NCBI GenBank assembly: GCA_012295275.1
Contig: CM022665.1
Span: 28,148,001 to 28,212,000, forward strand
Length of the DNA stretch: 64,000 bases
Direction of reading: 5' to 3'
Source of the DNA: Chrysomallon squamiferum
Lineage: Eukaryota > Animalia > Mollusca
Shown here: positions 13,397 to 55,155 of the stretch, piece after piece
How the letters are laid out: the number at the start of each line of letters is the position of its first letter
Position numbering within the stretch: position 1 is the stretch's first letter
Notes under the pieces: generated by a model
Databases searched by the model: none
Told to the model about the DNA's origin: nothing
The model's input: the letters and a program-made list of their open reading frames with translations, nothing else
Position numbers and translations under genes: made by a program

Positions 13397-14396
13397 GTGC
13401 TTCTGTAAGGAAGTATCTAACATTCAGTGGAAACTTCTGATGGAGAGCACATGTGCTAGCATACTTAATGGCATTTTAAATACTCTGTTCCTTTATAAGA
13501 GAACAATGCTGAAATATAAAGATGCTACATGTGATAAACTCATTATTATGGGTACAGAAAAAAAAGGTGGATTACAAGAAGTGGCAGAGATCAAAGTAAT
13601 TATTTACCATGAAATTGTATGCCACCAAAAAAAAAAAAATAAATAAGGATGTCAACAAGGAATAGCTCTGTGAGCTGTGTTAAATGAATTAATACTTGTT
13701 ATAACACATCTTCAAAATTAAATTGTGAAAGTATTTTCTCATTTTGAAGAAGATTTGTATTTTTTCAGAATTTTATAAATTATTTTGTTGTTATGGCTGA
13801 TTATAATTTAAAGACTTTTTATCTCAGGTAATGTTAGTAAGCAGATTGTATTTATTATTAAGATATTTATGTGAAGGTCCTCAATTTATTTAAGTATTTT
13901 GTCATTTGTGGATATGAACTTGTATGAACAGTTATTCATTATTACTAGTTATTAGTAAGGTAAGATATCTAGATATTTTTGGTAACTCAACAGGGCAAGC
14001 CATTAAACATTATTAATAAACCTTTCCCCCCAAAGTCAAAAATAATTAACAATTCTTTATTTGATATTAAAAACAATACTTTATTATTGTTTTTCTTGTA
14101 ATATATTAAAAAATATATATACAGCAAAAATAACAAAGTAAATCAATAATTTACCATAAATAACTTATAAATAAATATGTACGTAGATGTTAATTTGACA
14201 TATATAATTAAGCATAAAAATTTTCCCAAAATGTATAAAATCTTACAAAATTTATAATCTGTATATTACATACAAATAAATAATCTTAAATTAAAAATAT
14301 AATTTCATGCTTAGCATGATAACAGAATATGTATGTTCTTTAAAGATTTTTAAAATCTGTTTCAAGGAATAATAACCTTCCTCAAAGTTTAATTGT

Positions 14397-15194
14397 TTAT
14401 TTTCTTTGAAGTTCTGCCTCCAAAATATCTCCCCATGAACTAGCATCCATTGCACAAAATGCTTTTTCTGGGAGTTCTGAAAAATGTTTCAGATTTGAAA
14501 AATGTCCTTCTACCCATTTCTTTTTTGTAACAATAATAGCATAATGATCCTTTAGTGCTTCCTGCAATAAAAACAATGAATTTCTTAAATTTGGTCAGTC
14601 AGATGATAAAATCATGACAACATGCTTATTATTGTAGAATATTAAGTAACCTACTTTATTATAAAATTATTATCATTAATAATGCATTACTGGATCATCA
14701 TCTTTTTAAGTTGCATATTTACAAATTTTATACTTATTTAATAAATGTTAACCATAATAACATCAACAAATATATTTTATGTAAAATGTTTTACTGACAT
14801 TATACTTTTTAATTTATTACTGGTAATTATTCTATTGTCTTACAGTTTTATGATTTTGTATATGTTATATGTGGGTTTTCTGCACAGTACTGGTACTTTG
14901 CATAACATGTATTAAAAGCTCTTTGTTTAGCTAATAAACTTTGAACATATGAAATAAAAGCATGGACATCAGCTGAAATAACCTGCAATATTTTACCTTC
15001 CAAGATTTTCCATTACTGACAGATTTGTGAAGACTTGACTGTAGAGTTTTATCACTAATTTTTAAAGACAGCTTTTTCCATAATGATTCAGAGTTATTGA
15101 TGATATTATTCCAACATTTGCATGTCAGACATGATTTACAAACACTTGAAATATCCAAATAACTGATGATTTCTTCTAGTAATATTTCATCCAT
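14397..15194 (-). CDS. FBXO48: F-box only protein 48
   Basis: Exon 15194-14997 encodes an F-box (EEIISYLDISSVCKSCLTCKCWNNII..LWK). Exon 14561-14397 (KKWVEGHFSN...LPEKAFCAMDASSWGDILEAELQRK*) matches the distinctive FBXO48 C-terminus. An acceptor at 15201-15202 implies an upstream exon that I did not locate. Confidence 0.9.
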
Positions 15195-15284
15195 TTGTTC
15201 CTGCAATGAAAACAGTAAATGGGAAAACAGGGATTTTTTTGTTTGTTTGTTTGTTTGTTAATGGTCAAAGGTCTGTTTATAAGG

Positions 15285-15286
<2 letters not shown>

Positions 15287-15332
<46 letters not shown>
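15287..15332. repeat. (AT)n microsatellite
   Basis: Uninterrupted AT dinucleotide run; many shorter ones occur elsewhere in the window. Confidence 0.95.
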
Positions 15333-15334
<2 letters not shown>

Positions 15335-15390
15335 CGCTGCTGTGAACTGTTAATCCTGTTAATATAATTATATCCATCAAGACCATAGCT

Positions 15391-15643
15391 CAGTGGCATG
15401 CAGAGGTTTGGTGATACCCAGGGCCAACTCCTTGATTGTATGCCCCAAAGACTTGAGTAAAATGCACTAGTACTGAGAAATATGAGAAAGGAAGATATTT
15501 TCAATATGTAAACACAGCTGAAACATAAAAAAATACTTTATTCGATTTAAATATAAATCAACCAAATTTATTAAGTTATTTTACCCAAATGGATGCCCTC
15601 CCCATTTGAATGCTCGGGGCCACACACCCTCTGCACGCCACTG
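15391..15643 (+). mobile_element. hAT-superfamily MITE, 253 bp
   Basis: TIRs CAGTGGCATGCAGAGG / CCTCTGCACGCCACTG. Perfect 8-bp TSD CCATAGCT at 15383-15390 and 15644-15651. A second copy lies inverted at 18552-18899. Confidence 0.9.
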
Positions 15644-16293
15644 CCATAGCTAATAATTAACATTACGATTTAAAATTGTTTATTATGAATTTGAATTGTA
15701 ACTGCTCCTTTACAACCACAGTTGTGGCAAGTCGTTTGTGTGCGTATGTTACAGAAGCGAAGAAAAAGTGATAATAATAAAGACAATCTTAATGTATCAC
15801 ACTGTTTCAATTTCTTAATATAATTAACTGTTGTAACAAAGTATTATGGGTAATTAATTTTCCTGATCTGTTAGTGTGACCAGTATGGTGTCCGTTTAAC
15901 GCTTTAAGAATGGGCAGTGTAGCTGGACAATTCTGACTAGTGAATTTGTTTCTGCATGTTCAAGAGACTGAATGTATTATGTGACGAATTACATTTTACG
16001 GAATTTATTTTGATAATGACTATGCTTACTGGTTTCTGTAAAACATTTCAACATAAAACCTGTCGATATTACCAACTCCAGCCTTTGGAACTGTAGTTAT
16101 GTTTCGTAAATAATTTTGTAAAAATCCATTAAAAGCCATGGGAATAAAGCTGGGCTTATAATTATTAGATTAATATTAATTTTATTAGTATTACTACTAC
16201 TTCACCAAGATATTATTAATAAAAGGTTAATTAAATTAATCAGGAAAGGAAACACATACGAACATGGCTGCGATATTTTTCGCTTCGTTAATG

Positions 16294-16453
16294 TCCGTAA
16301 GAGCTTGCTTTTCATCGGTAAACATCGGCAGCTGCCCGCAATGCACTAGACTGTACGAAGTCAGTTTGTAGTATCCGTAAGAGCTTGCTTTTCATCGGTA
16401 AACATCGGCAGCTGCCCGCAATGCACTAGACTGTACGAAGTCAGTTTGTAGTA
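16294..16453. repeat. Perfect tandem duplication, 2 x 80 bp
   Basis: 16294-16373 is identical to 16374-16453 (TCCGTAAGAGCTTGC...GTTTGTAGTA). Confidence 0.97.
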
Positions 16454-16460
16454 CATCATA

Positions 16461-16790
16461 ATATTAAGTGAGTTCGATTGCATTTTATGTTCTGAACCTC
16501 ATTTGATCAAACTCGGTGCAGGTAATGAACAGAAGGATAATTGTGTGGCATACGAAGAGATAGCATTCTACATTAAACCCTCTATAGACCTAGACAAATT
16601 GACGATTATCATCTGCTATCCCATTTAGAACACGTCCTAACTTTCCGATTAAGGACTAGACACAACAGGTTGAAACATCATCATATGCATAAGAGGTTCC
16701 GGCTGGTATCTTCTTCCATGTGCTTCTGTGGGTAGGTAGAACAGGCGATCGAACATGTCATCCAAAACTGCTTCAGAATGGACCCTTAAA
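16461..16790 (+). mobile_element. Decayed 3' fragment of an RNase H-bearing non-LTR retrotransposon (I-group LINE)
   Basis: Translates, with a frameshift and a stop, as KLGAGNEQKDNCVAYEE../DDYHLLSHLEHVLTFRLRTRHNRLKHHHMHKRFRLVSSSMCFCG*VEQAIEHVIQNC. This is the RLRTGH motif plus the C-x-C-x8-H-x4-C zinc knuckle typical of I-group ORF2 C-termini. Confidence 0.8.
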
Positions 16791-17684
16791 AATCGAGATT
16801 TCCTCAAAATGTCAACAGTGTGCAAATGGCACCAAAACATTAATTATTGAAAAAATCATAAGTTTGGACATGTTTGACTGACAACGTTGAATGTTATAGT
16901 TAGGAGTCAGCCTTATATTTTCCAAAATGATAAAACTATTTTAGTACTTAATACATTTATATTAAATTGATTAAAATCATCTTTAAATATAACCCAGATT
17001 CCTTAGCTGACTATGAACAAATTTAAAAAAAAGAGAATCTGTTTAAAAAAGCAAAATAAATAAAGGAAAGTTGATAAATTGGGATTTAAAATGCAGTGAA
17101 AGAAGATTTAATTCCTTTTGACAATAAAATACCATGGATATGTTTGTGTAAGTGTTCTTAAACAAAATTCAGTAGTTTTGGTGGCCTTCACCTTTTTGGT
17201 TATTTACTGTCAACAGTTTAAAATTAAATATTTACATGGCCATGACACGACGTTTAGAATATCTCCATGTACATCTATATTAAACTGTTTAAAATTCTCT
17301 TTTAATATTCGACAAGTTTCGTAGCTGATTTTGAAAAACTTACTTAACGATATAAGGTCATTTTACTATTACAGCTTGTTATTCTTGTTTGATATGTATT
17401 TTTATATATATAGTGTGTTTAATTTGAATTGATGAAATACACAGTGCAGGCTAACTTAGAAATATTAATATTACATCTGGCATCCAGTCAATTGGTAAAA
17501 AATATATTTTTAAATTATTTATAGTTACAATATGATTAAACATTATATAAATAAATAAATAATAATATCAGACAAAATAAAAATGTCATTATGGCAACAA
17601 TGGAAGATCTTACAGTTTATCGTAAATAACTTGATATTTCTTGCCTTTTATAAGTCGGACATAGTTTGTTGTTACAAACAGAAA

Positions 17685-17721
<37 letters not shown>

Positions 17722-18134
17722 CAAAAAAAAAAAAAATGAATAAAGCGAAGTTGTACGAGAACGTGGGATGGTCCTCCGGATCCACTTTTATTAGTTTTAA
17801 TCGTAATTGATTGGATTGTAAATAATGCAAGGACAGATCAAAATGTATCACTGAAGATGAAATAAGTTTCATTATTCAGTGAAATAAATTAAAGCCGAAG
17901 TGGACACAGTATGGTTTTTTTTATTTTTTTTTATTTATTTAAAGCATTTTTTCTTGAGAGGTACTCCTCGAATCATTTTGAAATGTAGTTCGACAATCTT
18001 GAACCCGCCTAAATAACAATATTTATTTGTACAATTTAAAGGTTTCAGACAATGTTAAAATTAAGATAGTTGTTTTTTACCCATGTCCTTTTGATATAAC
18101 ATTCGTCACACATATTTCTGATTAGCCATTAGAT

Positions 18135-18280
18135 ATATTAAGTGAGTTCGATATCATTTTATGTTCTGAACCTCATTTGATCAAACTCGGTGCAGGTAAT
18201 GAATACAAGGATAATTGGGTGGCATACGAAGAGATAGCATTCCATATTATATCCTCTATAGACCTAGACAAATTGACGAT
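18135..18280 (+). repeat. 146-bp direct copy of 16461-16606 (LINE relic)
   Basis: Colinear and near-identical: ATATTAAGTGAGTTCGAT...CTATAGACCTAGACAAATTGACGAT. Confidence 0.92.
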
Positions 18281-18551
18281 ATCCCTAGACTTTTCCGTGT
18301 GACACTAAATAGATATGGTCATGGCCAAGTCTCTTACTCAGGGCCATGTTCCTGGGGATACGATTCTACAAATTAGGGCAGATGGCAGAACCTATAACTA
18401 CGTCTTATCACCGTGGAACTGCTCTTACACAATATATATCTTATCTTTTAAAATTAACATTGGATTTTTTAAAAAATTAAATATGGAATAATCGATTAGT
18501 GTCCTAAAGTATGTTTTATCCTTTGAAGGTTAAAATGCAGAAAGCAGCGAG

Positions 18552-18899
18552 CAGTGGCGTGCATGGGGGAGGGAGCCGATGGGCCGGTGGCCCCGGGCAT
18601 CCAATCAGAGAAATAGAACTTAACAAATGTGGTTGATTTATATTTAAATCTAATAAAGTGTTTATTTTATGTTTCATCTGTGTTTACATGTTCAAAATAT
18701 CTTCCTTTCTCATAATATTTCTCGATACTAGTGCTTATTCTTGAGTCTTTGGAACAATATTCTTTACAGGCGGATACAACATTTTAGAAATGGGGACGTC
18801 ATGATTTTGAAACTGAAATAGAAAATCAGACAAGTGAAGAAAATCTGATATACAATCAAGGAGTTGGCCCGGGCATCACCAGACCTCTGCACGTCACTG
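18552..18899 (-). mobile_element. hAT-superfamily MITE, longer copy (348 bp), inverted relative to 15391-15643
   Basis: TIRs CAGTGGCGTGCA / TGCACGTCACTG. Degenerate 8-bp TSD GCAGCGAG / GCAACGAA. The body is the reverse complement of the first copy plus about 95 extra bp (about 18753-18848). Confidence 0.88.
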
Positions 18900-19591
18900 G
18901 CAACGAAGGTTTACCGAACTGCATTCACCATTCTGTCTGAGCAGAATAAAACTGATACATTAAGAAAGTAACCAAACATTTCTTTTATCCTAGAATCCTT
19001 AATACTGTTAAAAACAATAATAATAATAATAATAAATAAAAAATAAATGAAATTAACAGTTTTATTTCTCAACTCGTCATTCCCGAGAGTATAGATGTAT
19101 GCATACCGATTTCGTAGTGAGACAGAGAGAGAGTGCATACATATGTATGTATGTAAATATGTATATTTATGTGTCTGTGAATGTGTGCGAATTTTCTGAT
19201 ACCAAACGATTGGAAAGTATTCATGTTATAAATAAAATATATTGGTAGACATATTCAGATGTGTTTTCTCTTGTGAATGAAAATGAATGAATATTAATAC
19301 CATTTAATTCGCAAGAATCAAGAGTGAACCAAAACACTGGTATCTCTTTAACTGCTATTGTTACAAATAGTAACAAAATAAGTATGCAGAAATAAAAATT
19401 TATTTCTGTAGTTATATTACACATATTTGTTTTGTGACATTTTTGTATTTGATAGTGCAAGCAAATACTGTTGTAAACATATAAAATAAATAAATAAATA
19501 AATATAATAATTGGTTATTCAGTTCACCTCAAGAACATTTTTATGAATAATAAAAGAATATCAGTAAAATATTAAAAATATACAAAATAAC

Positions 19592-19635
<44 letters not shown>
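19592..19635. repeat. (AAT)n microsatellite
   Basis: Pure AAT run; similar runs at about 17686-17717, 20006-20033 and 63238-63276. Confidence 0.93.
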
Positions 19636-19636
<1 letters not shown>

Positions 19637-20004
19637 CAAATAAATAAATAAATAAATTTAAAAATATATATTAGAAAGAATTCTAACACAATCGGTACTG
19701 TGATTTCCATACAGTATTTATTTTTTATTATAAAAAGGAAATATTATGATAGAGTAAAATTTTAAAAGTAATTATAAAATAAAAATAAGCAGAAGGAAGA
19801 TAAAAAATTAAATTAAATATGCCTGTAGACTTACTAAGTTATACTGAGAACTGAAAGTAATATTAAGGGAGTAAAGAATGTGGGTCGTGGCAAAGATTGG
19901 CCAAAAAACAACACATACCTTATAATATAGAAATTTAATAGAAAATTACAGGTTATTTTTTTAATTATTTAAATTTTTTTAAATTTAAATCTAAGGAGAC
20001 TGAC

Positions 20005-20037
<33 letters not shown>

Positions 20038-20695
20038 TTTTAAAAAGCGGTGAATCAGAAAGGTCTGAACTCCATGTGAGATATTAATAATTAGTAAAAT
20101 TAAGAACGGTTTTTCGTTACGTTTTTTTGTAACTGGTACAAAATCATGTCAGTATATCATAACATGCTTTCTTCTCAATTTGTCTTAGGCGTATTCTAGA
20201 CTTACATTAGTACGAGTCTCCACTGGGATTCAAGCTTACCCATATTTGAGGGTTGTAATTGCTCCTTATCGGATAACTCTTCTTGGACCTTATATTTAAA
20301 ACATATCAACTGACAACAATAATTCTGTAAATAATATTAACTTTAATATGACAATAAATTTATTATATCTGACGCTACACTTCTTGTCATCGCCCATTTT
20401 CTAGTTCACAGAACCAGTTAATGTTTCATATTAATCAGTAATATAGGCATTAAAATATTAAGCCCAACAGCAGTGCCTTTGTACAGTTTCGGTTAAATAC
20501 AAGACAGATGCACAGAAATCAGCGTTACGTATAAATCGTTAGAACGCTTTTCAGCGATGTGTACTTTGTGAAAAGATTGGATATAAATAATTAAAAACAA
20601 ACAAAAGTAACGTTTATTTATTCTTGCAAAATCAACTGTAGATGCAAAACCACCCACAATTTAAAGAGTGGACCACTCTTTGTTGTTGAATTTAT

Positions 20696-20783
20696 TTTTC
20701 TTCACTTGTCTGATTTTCTATTTCAGTTTCAAACTCATGACGTCCCCATTTCTAAAATGTTGCATCCACCTGTAAAGAATATT
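20696..20783 (+). repeat. Isolated copy of the extra internal segment of the 18552-18899 MITE
   Basis: Reverse complement of about 18756-18843 (TTCACTTGTCTGATTTTCTATTTCAGTTTCAAA..CATGACGTCCCCATTTCTAAAATGTTG..CCTGTAAAGAATATT). Confidence 0.9.
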
Positions 20784-20820
20784 TAAAGCTTTAGTTAGGT
20801 GTTTATGATGTATTGAAACA

Positions 20821-21025
20821 TTATATATATATATATAATTCTTGAATTAATTACACAATTGTCTCATTCGTAAAATAGATAGTAATATAAATTAACAGCC
20901 AGGTCATTTCCTTTTATAATGTTATATATATATATAATTCTTGAATTAATTACACAATTGTCTCATTTGTAAAATAGATAGTAATATAAATTAACATACA
21001 GCTCATTTCCTTTTATAATGTTATA
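20821..21025. repeat. Tandem duplication, 2 x about 100 bp
   Basis: The unit TTATATATA..AATTCTTGAATTAATTACACAATTGTCTCATT..TCATTTCCTTTTATAATG is repeated with few mismatches. Confidence 0.93.
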
Positions 21026-22194
21026 CTGACCAATTTATTGGCCTGTAATCGATTATTTATTATTATTACATTGTCTTGTTCTGATGTTATCATTTAAATC
21101 AGTTTATATATCATTACTTTTTGTTGTAAAAGTTGTACAAACTGTTCATTATTAAACAATCAAATATACTGATAGACAGGTTGGTTTATATTTTAACATT
21201 ACACGATTATTCAGTTTTGTAATCGATTCGATTTTCTTTCGTCCCCTTATAAGATATGCCCGCTTTTGGGCGCATATTTCTCCCGTTTTTAAATTATTTC
21301 TGATCTACGACCACATTATATCAATTAATAATTTCCATGTTTAACTATACATTGACTGATGGCAAATTATGTTCTAAAAATCACCAAAGAATTTTAATTC
21401 CTAACTAATTACATTTTTTACATCAATTAGCGATGCGTCATAGTGATCCGTGCGCAGTTTCAGTTTTATTTGTAAGAATAAAATAATAATATCATGGATA
21501 CATTTTAAACTTTATTGTCTTTAAAATATTTTTCATTAGTTATAAATAAAAACTGAAATCATAATTATCGAAACATGTTCAAACAGAGATGAAAACCAAT
21601 ATGTCTGGAGTTCTCGCTGGATATAAAAATGGATATGAAAATTCAATCCCAGGTCTACTCTACAAAGCCCCCCAAAACACACCATCCCCCACCCTATATC
21701 CTATATATATATATAAAATAAAATACTGCTATTACTACTACTACTACTACTACTACAAATAATGATAACAAAATGAAAATAAAGAAAAACAACATTAAAT
21801 GCAGTCAAGAAGAAGAGGGAAAATAACACGATAAAAAAGATTAGGTTAATTTTGTCGACAGATTAAAAGCGTAAGTTACAATGTAGCAAAGTCATGACTA
21901 TTGTTTATGCCTTATTTTAAACTTACTACGTCTACAGACATTTAAATAATACAGTATTTTAAAACTGGAAGCGATTTTTTCGTTGTATTTTGTATAATTT
22001 TGCTGATAGTGTTTTATTTTTCATTAGATTATTTTATTTCTTATGAAGTCTTGTATTAACTTACATTTATTTAATATATATTTTTTCTAAAAAATGTTTC
22101 AACATTGAAGAAACCAAAAGTAGCTAATCAATACAGTTGTATACATATTTAAAAAAAACTATTTAAACATATATGATATGAGACCGTTACCATA

Positions 22195-22290
22195 ATATAC
22201 TGACGTCATCCATCCCCCTTGAATTGCTATTTCCCATGATCCTTTGGGCATCTTGGGCAGCCATGTTTGCATGGTTTCTCACGTAAAAGT
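22195..22290 (+). promoter_or_regulatory. Probable MRCK promoter
   Basis: CRE TGACGTCA (22201-22208), ZNF143/Staf-like TTCCCATGATCCTTTGGG (22231-22248) and YY1-like GCAGCCATGTTTG (22257-22269), followed by a CpG-richer leader up to the ATG at 22641. Confidence 0.6.
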
Positions 22291-22640
22291 CACTGATAAG
22301 TGACCAAAAGAAGGAAATTTGACAAAATCGGTAATTCTGATGAACATTTCATTTATTCCATCACAACTGTTAGATGACGGTCATTTCAAGCGTTCGAATG
22401 CAAAATTTATAAACGGAGTCGGAATACCGAAACAAATATTTTTTTCGTAGAGGAAGTGGATCGTCGAGGTGTCAACTATGTGATGTCTAATTTTTAACGT
22501 TATATTCGTCATTTGTTACTAGCATTTTGTGCACAGTTTGTTATATGTACGTATTTATGTAATTTCCAAAGATGTGATTGGCATCGGAATATTGTTGAAA
22601 ACATAGAATAAATCTAGATTCGGTGATATCGGTGCAAGTC

Positions 22641-52147
<29,507 letters not shown>

Positions 52148-55124
52148 ACTTTAGTCTGCTGTGATCATTAAACTTTGTGCCTGAGATAGAAAATAAATAA
52201 AATGTGCATCCTGCCCAACGAATTGCCCCACCCATTTTTGCTAACACTTTTTTTTTTTTTTAAATCTTCAAGTTGTATTTACTCTTTTTCTTAAATTTAT
52301 CCACAATAAAAAATTCAATTTTATAATATTTTTTATATACTAGAACTTACTATCTTCCAGTGGAAGATAGAGGAGAAAATAATTTCGTAACTGGAGGGCA
52401 GTTCAAGAAACATGTTGGGTATCTGGATTTTTAAATTTTTTTTTTTTTTTTAAAAACAAGTTAACAAAACAGATGACTTGTTTTGAAGAAAAAAAAAAGA
52501 GAGAAAAATGATGATCCGTAGCAAGGATTATGTACTGTTTGCTGTCTTCCTTCACTGTAGAGACCAAGACCAAACAATGTAGACTTGCTGTGCAACTGTT
52601 GTAAATATTGAGCTAGTAATTTAATGTGTTATCTACTTTAGAGAAGATTTATAATGTGAAGTGGGTATTTACATATTCTTTTATCTGAAAATAAACAAAA
52701 ATGTTATTCTTTAAGATATGTGTGTTTGCCAAATTAAAGTGTATCACTCATAAAGTTACTTAATCGAAGTTCATTATACATTTGTAGAGAGATATTTATC
52801 TTACTCTTTATTATAATGTTATGTGGTTCCTGCTTTTCATTCTTTCAAATTAGCTTAATATGATAAATAGAAATATTTATTAATACAGTTAGATAATCAT
52901 TTTATATAATATTATTATTCTTTTCTTACCTTTATTTCAAATAAAAAACTCCATGATTGTTGATAGGCAGATTTGATGTATAAAAAGATTAAAGAAAAAA
53001 GGAAATGAAAAATAATATGAATTCTGCGAATAATATTTGTTATTCAGATTATATCACAAAATCAACTGATTGGTTTTATTACATCATTTTTATTTGTTAC
53101 AATTGGTTTTATTATATAGTTTTCATTTGTTACAGTTGAATACATTACCTTCTTTAGAACTTTCTGTCTAGATTAATAGGAAGTACTTTGTATTAGAAAT
53201 AAAAAGATTAAATAAACAAAAACAACCTAAATGGATCAAGATTACTAATATTTTGCCTACCAGACTTAAAAAAACAAAAACAGTAATAACAATAAAAAGT
53301 AAAAACATTTTTTTTTTCTAAATATTTTTTTAAAAACTTTTCTTTTGATTATGTGGTTTTGATTGTCGTTTCTTTTTACTGTTAGTCTTTTAAAATGTAT
53401 GTTTTAAATTAAATGTAGCAGGGGAAAAAAAAAATAAAAAAATTAAAAAAAATAATAATAATAAAAAAAAATCCCTAGAGTTTTCAAAGAACAGTTTTTG
53501 AAAACATTTATATTGAAAATGGACTATATACATAATGCCAAGTATTATTTTCATTACTTGTTTTGCTTTTTTTTAATTTAATTTTTTTTTTAAATATTTT
53601 TAATAACATGCAAACAAGGGTTTTATTTTTATTTTGCTACTCTGCAATGTACAAGACAGTAATATATTTTCAACAGCTGATATGGCCCAAAGAAACAAAG
53701 TCATAGTGTTCAATATTTATTTAGTAAGTGCCTTTGTGGATTATACCAGCAGAACAGAATTAAGAAATTAACTTAAAAAAGAGGGGGGAAAAAAAAAAAA
53801 GAAAGAAGAAAATTCATACAGTATTAATTGTTATTACTACTTTTTGGCATTAAATAATAATGATTAAACTAGCCACTAATTTTGTTTAAGTTATTTTTCA
53901 GAAAAATTATCTATTATAATAAAAATAATATTGTTTAAGTTCTTACCATAAAGATAATGAGAGAATTTGAGTTTGTCTGTTAATGGATTGTTCTTGTGAG
54001 CATGTGTGTATGAGTGTGCATACATGCTTGCATGTTTGTGTGAGTACCTATGTGCTTGCCTGTTTATGTATAGGAATATGTGCTATCAATGTTGCATAAA
54101 AGAATGGATTACAGTGTTGATGGAAACCAGTGAATTTTTTCAGGGTTTGTCTTCCTCTTTGTATTGGTGCTGTGCTAATGTAAATTTTTAAATGTCTGCT
54201 TTCTAAGTTTTGTATATTAATAATTTGGAAATAATAAAATGTGAAAAGTATTATGAAGGATGAGGAAAATAATAAAAAAAAGTTGATAAATAAATAAAGG
54301 TAAGAAAACCCAACAAAAATATTGTTACTAAAAAAAGAAAAGAAAAAGAAAACTAATTATTTTGATGAAAAACCACCTATGAAGCATTTTATTAAGATTT
54401 AAGATGAGAACAAATTATTATTATTTATTTTTTATCAAATTACTAGAGAAAAATAAAAGAATTGAACAGCATTATAAAATAATCTTGTATTTTATATGGA
54501 ATCTATTTATGTTGTTTATTTATGGCAGGCAATACAGAACACAAATATTTGAGAAAATTCAACTTTACATTCAGCACAAAGGCGTACGCATTAAAACCTG
54601 TTTTGTTGTGGAATGTATTTACTGATGTTATTCTGGTGGTCTTGGTGTGTGACTTAGCTTGTTGATTGTTGAAAATGTTTGTTGTTTATCACTATGTTGG
54701 AGTGTGTTTACTGGTACCAAGTACATGTGATATTAATGGTGGCTTGTGATAACTTGAGGTGGTTGTTGCTTTATGTGACACTGTCACAAGCCTCTGTCAC
54801 AGACAGGCAGCCCAAAATATTGTCATTATCACCCCTTCAAAAATAAGCATAGCCTTTTCATGCAAATTTAAAATAGAAAACAAATATTATGGTTTTTTTT
54901 TTTTTTAAATAGAATCTATCTGATGTCTTAATTTTATTATTATTATTTAAAATCTATTTTGTATTCATTAGTAACATCTTCCGTAAATGGTATTATTCTG
55001 AAATAAAATACAGAATAGATTTTTATTACATGTTTAAATGTATGTATTTTATTTTAAAAATACATAATTGAAATTTTGTTTCGTGGAAAAGAGCTAACCC
55101 TCTACATGTGTGTGTATGTGTGTT

Positions 55125-55155
<31 letters not shown>

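Noticed and set aside
16294-16453. CRISPR-like or array interpretation of the 80-bp repeat
   Set aside because: Two directly adjacent units, no spacers, eukaryotic context.
16649-16840. 63-aa minus-strand ORF
   Set aside because: Antisense shadow of the plus-strand LINE relic.
17118-19460. Several 60-80-aa ORFs rich in I, F, Y and K
   Set aside because: Products of AT-rich and microsatellite DNA with no motifs; the same applies to most short ORFs in the track.
20205-20290. Possible tRNA gene on the minus strand (B-box-like TTGAATCCC)
   Set aside because: I could not build a cloverleaf; at most a decayed SINE head.
20663-20681. Palindrome AAAGAGTGG-A-CCACTCTTT as a Helitron 3' hairpin
   Set aside because: No CTRR terminus follows and no second copy is visible.
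22187-22264. Antisense ORF MAAQDAQRIMG.. as the missing first exon of FBXO48
   Set aside because: Its candidate donor is phase 2 and would be out of frame with the FBXO48 exon; the ATG is explained by the YY1-like motif.
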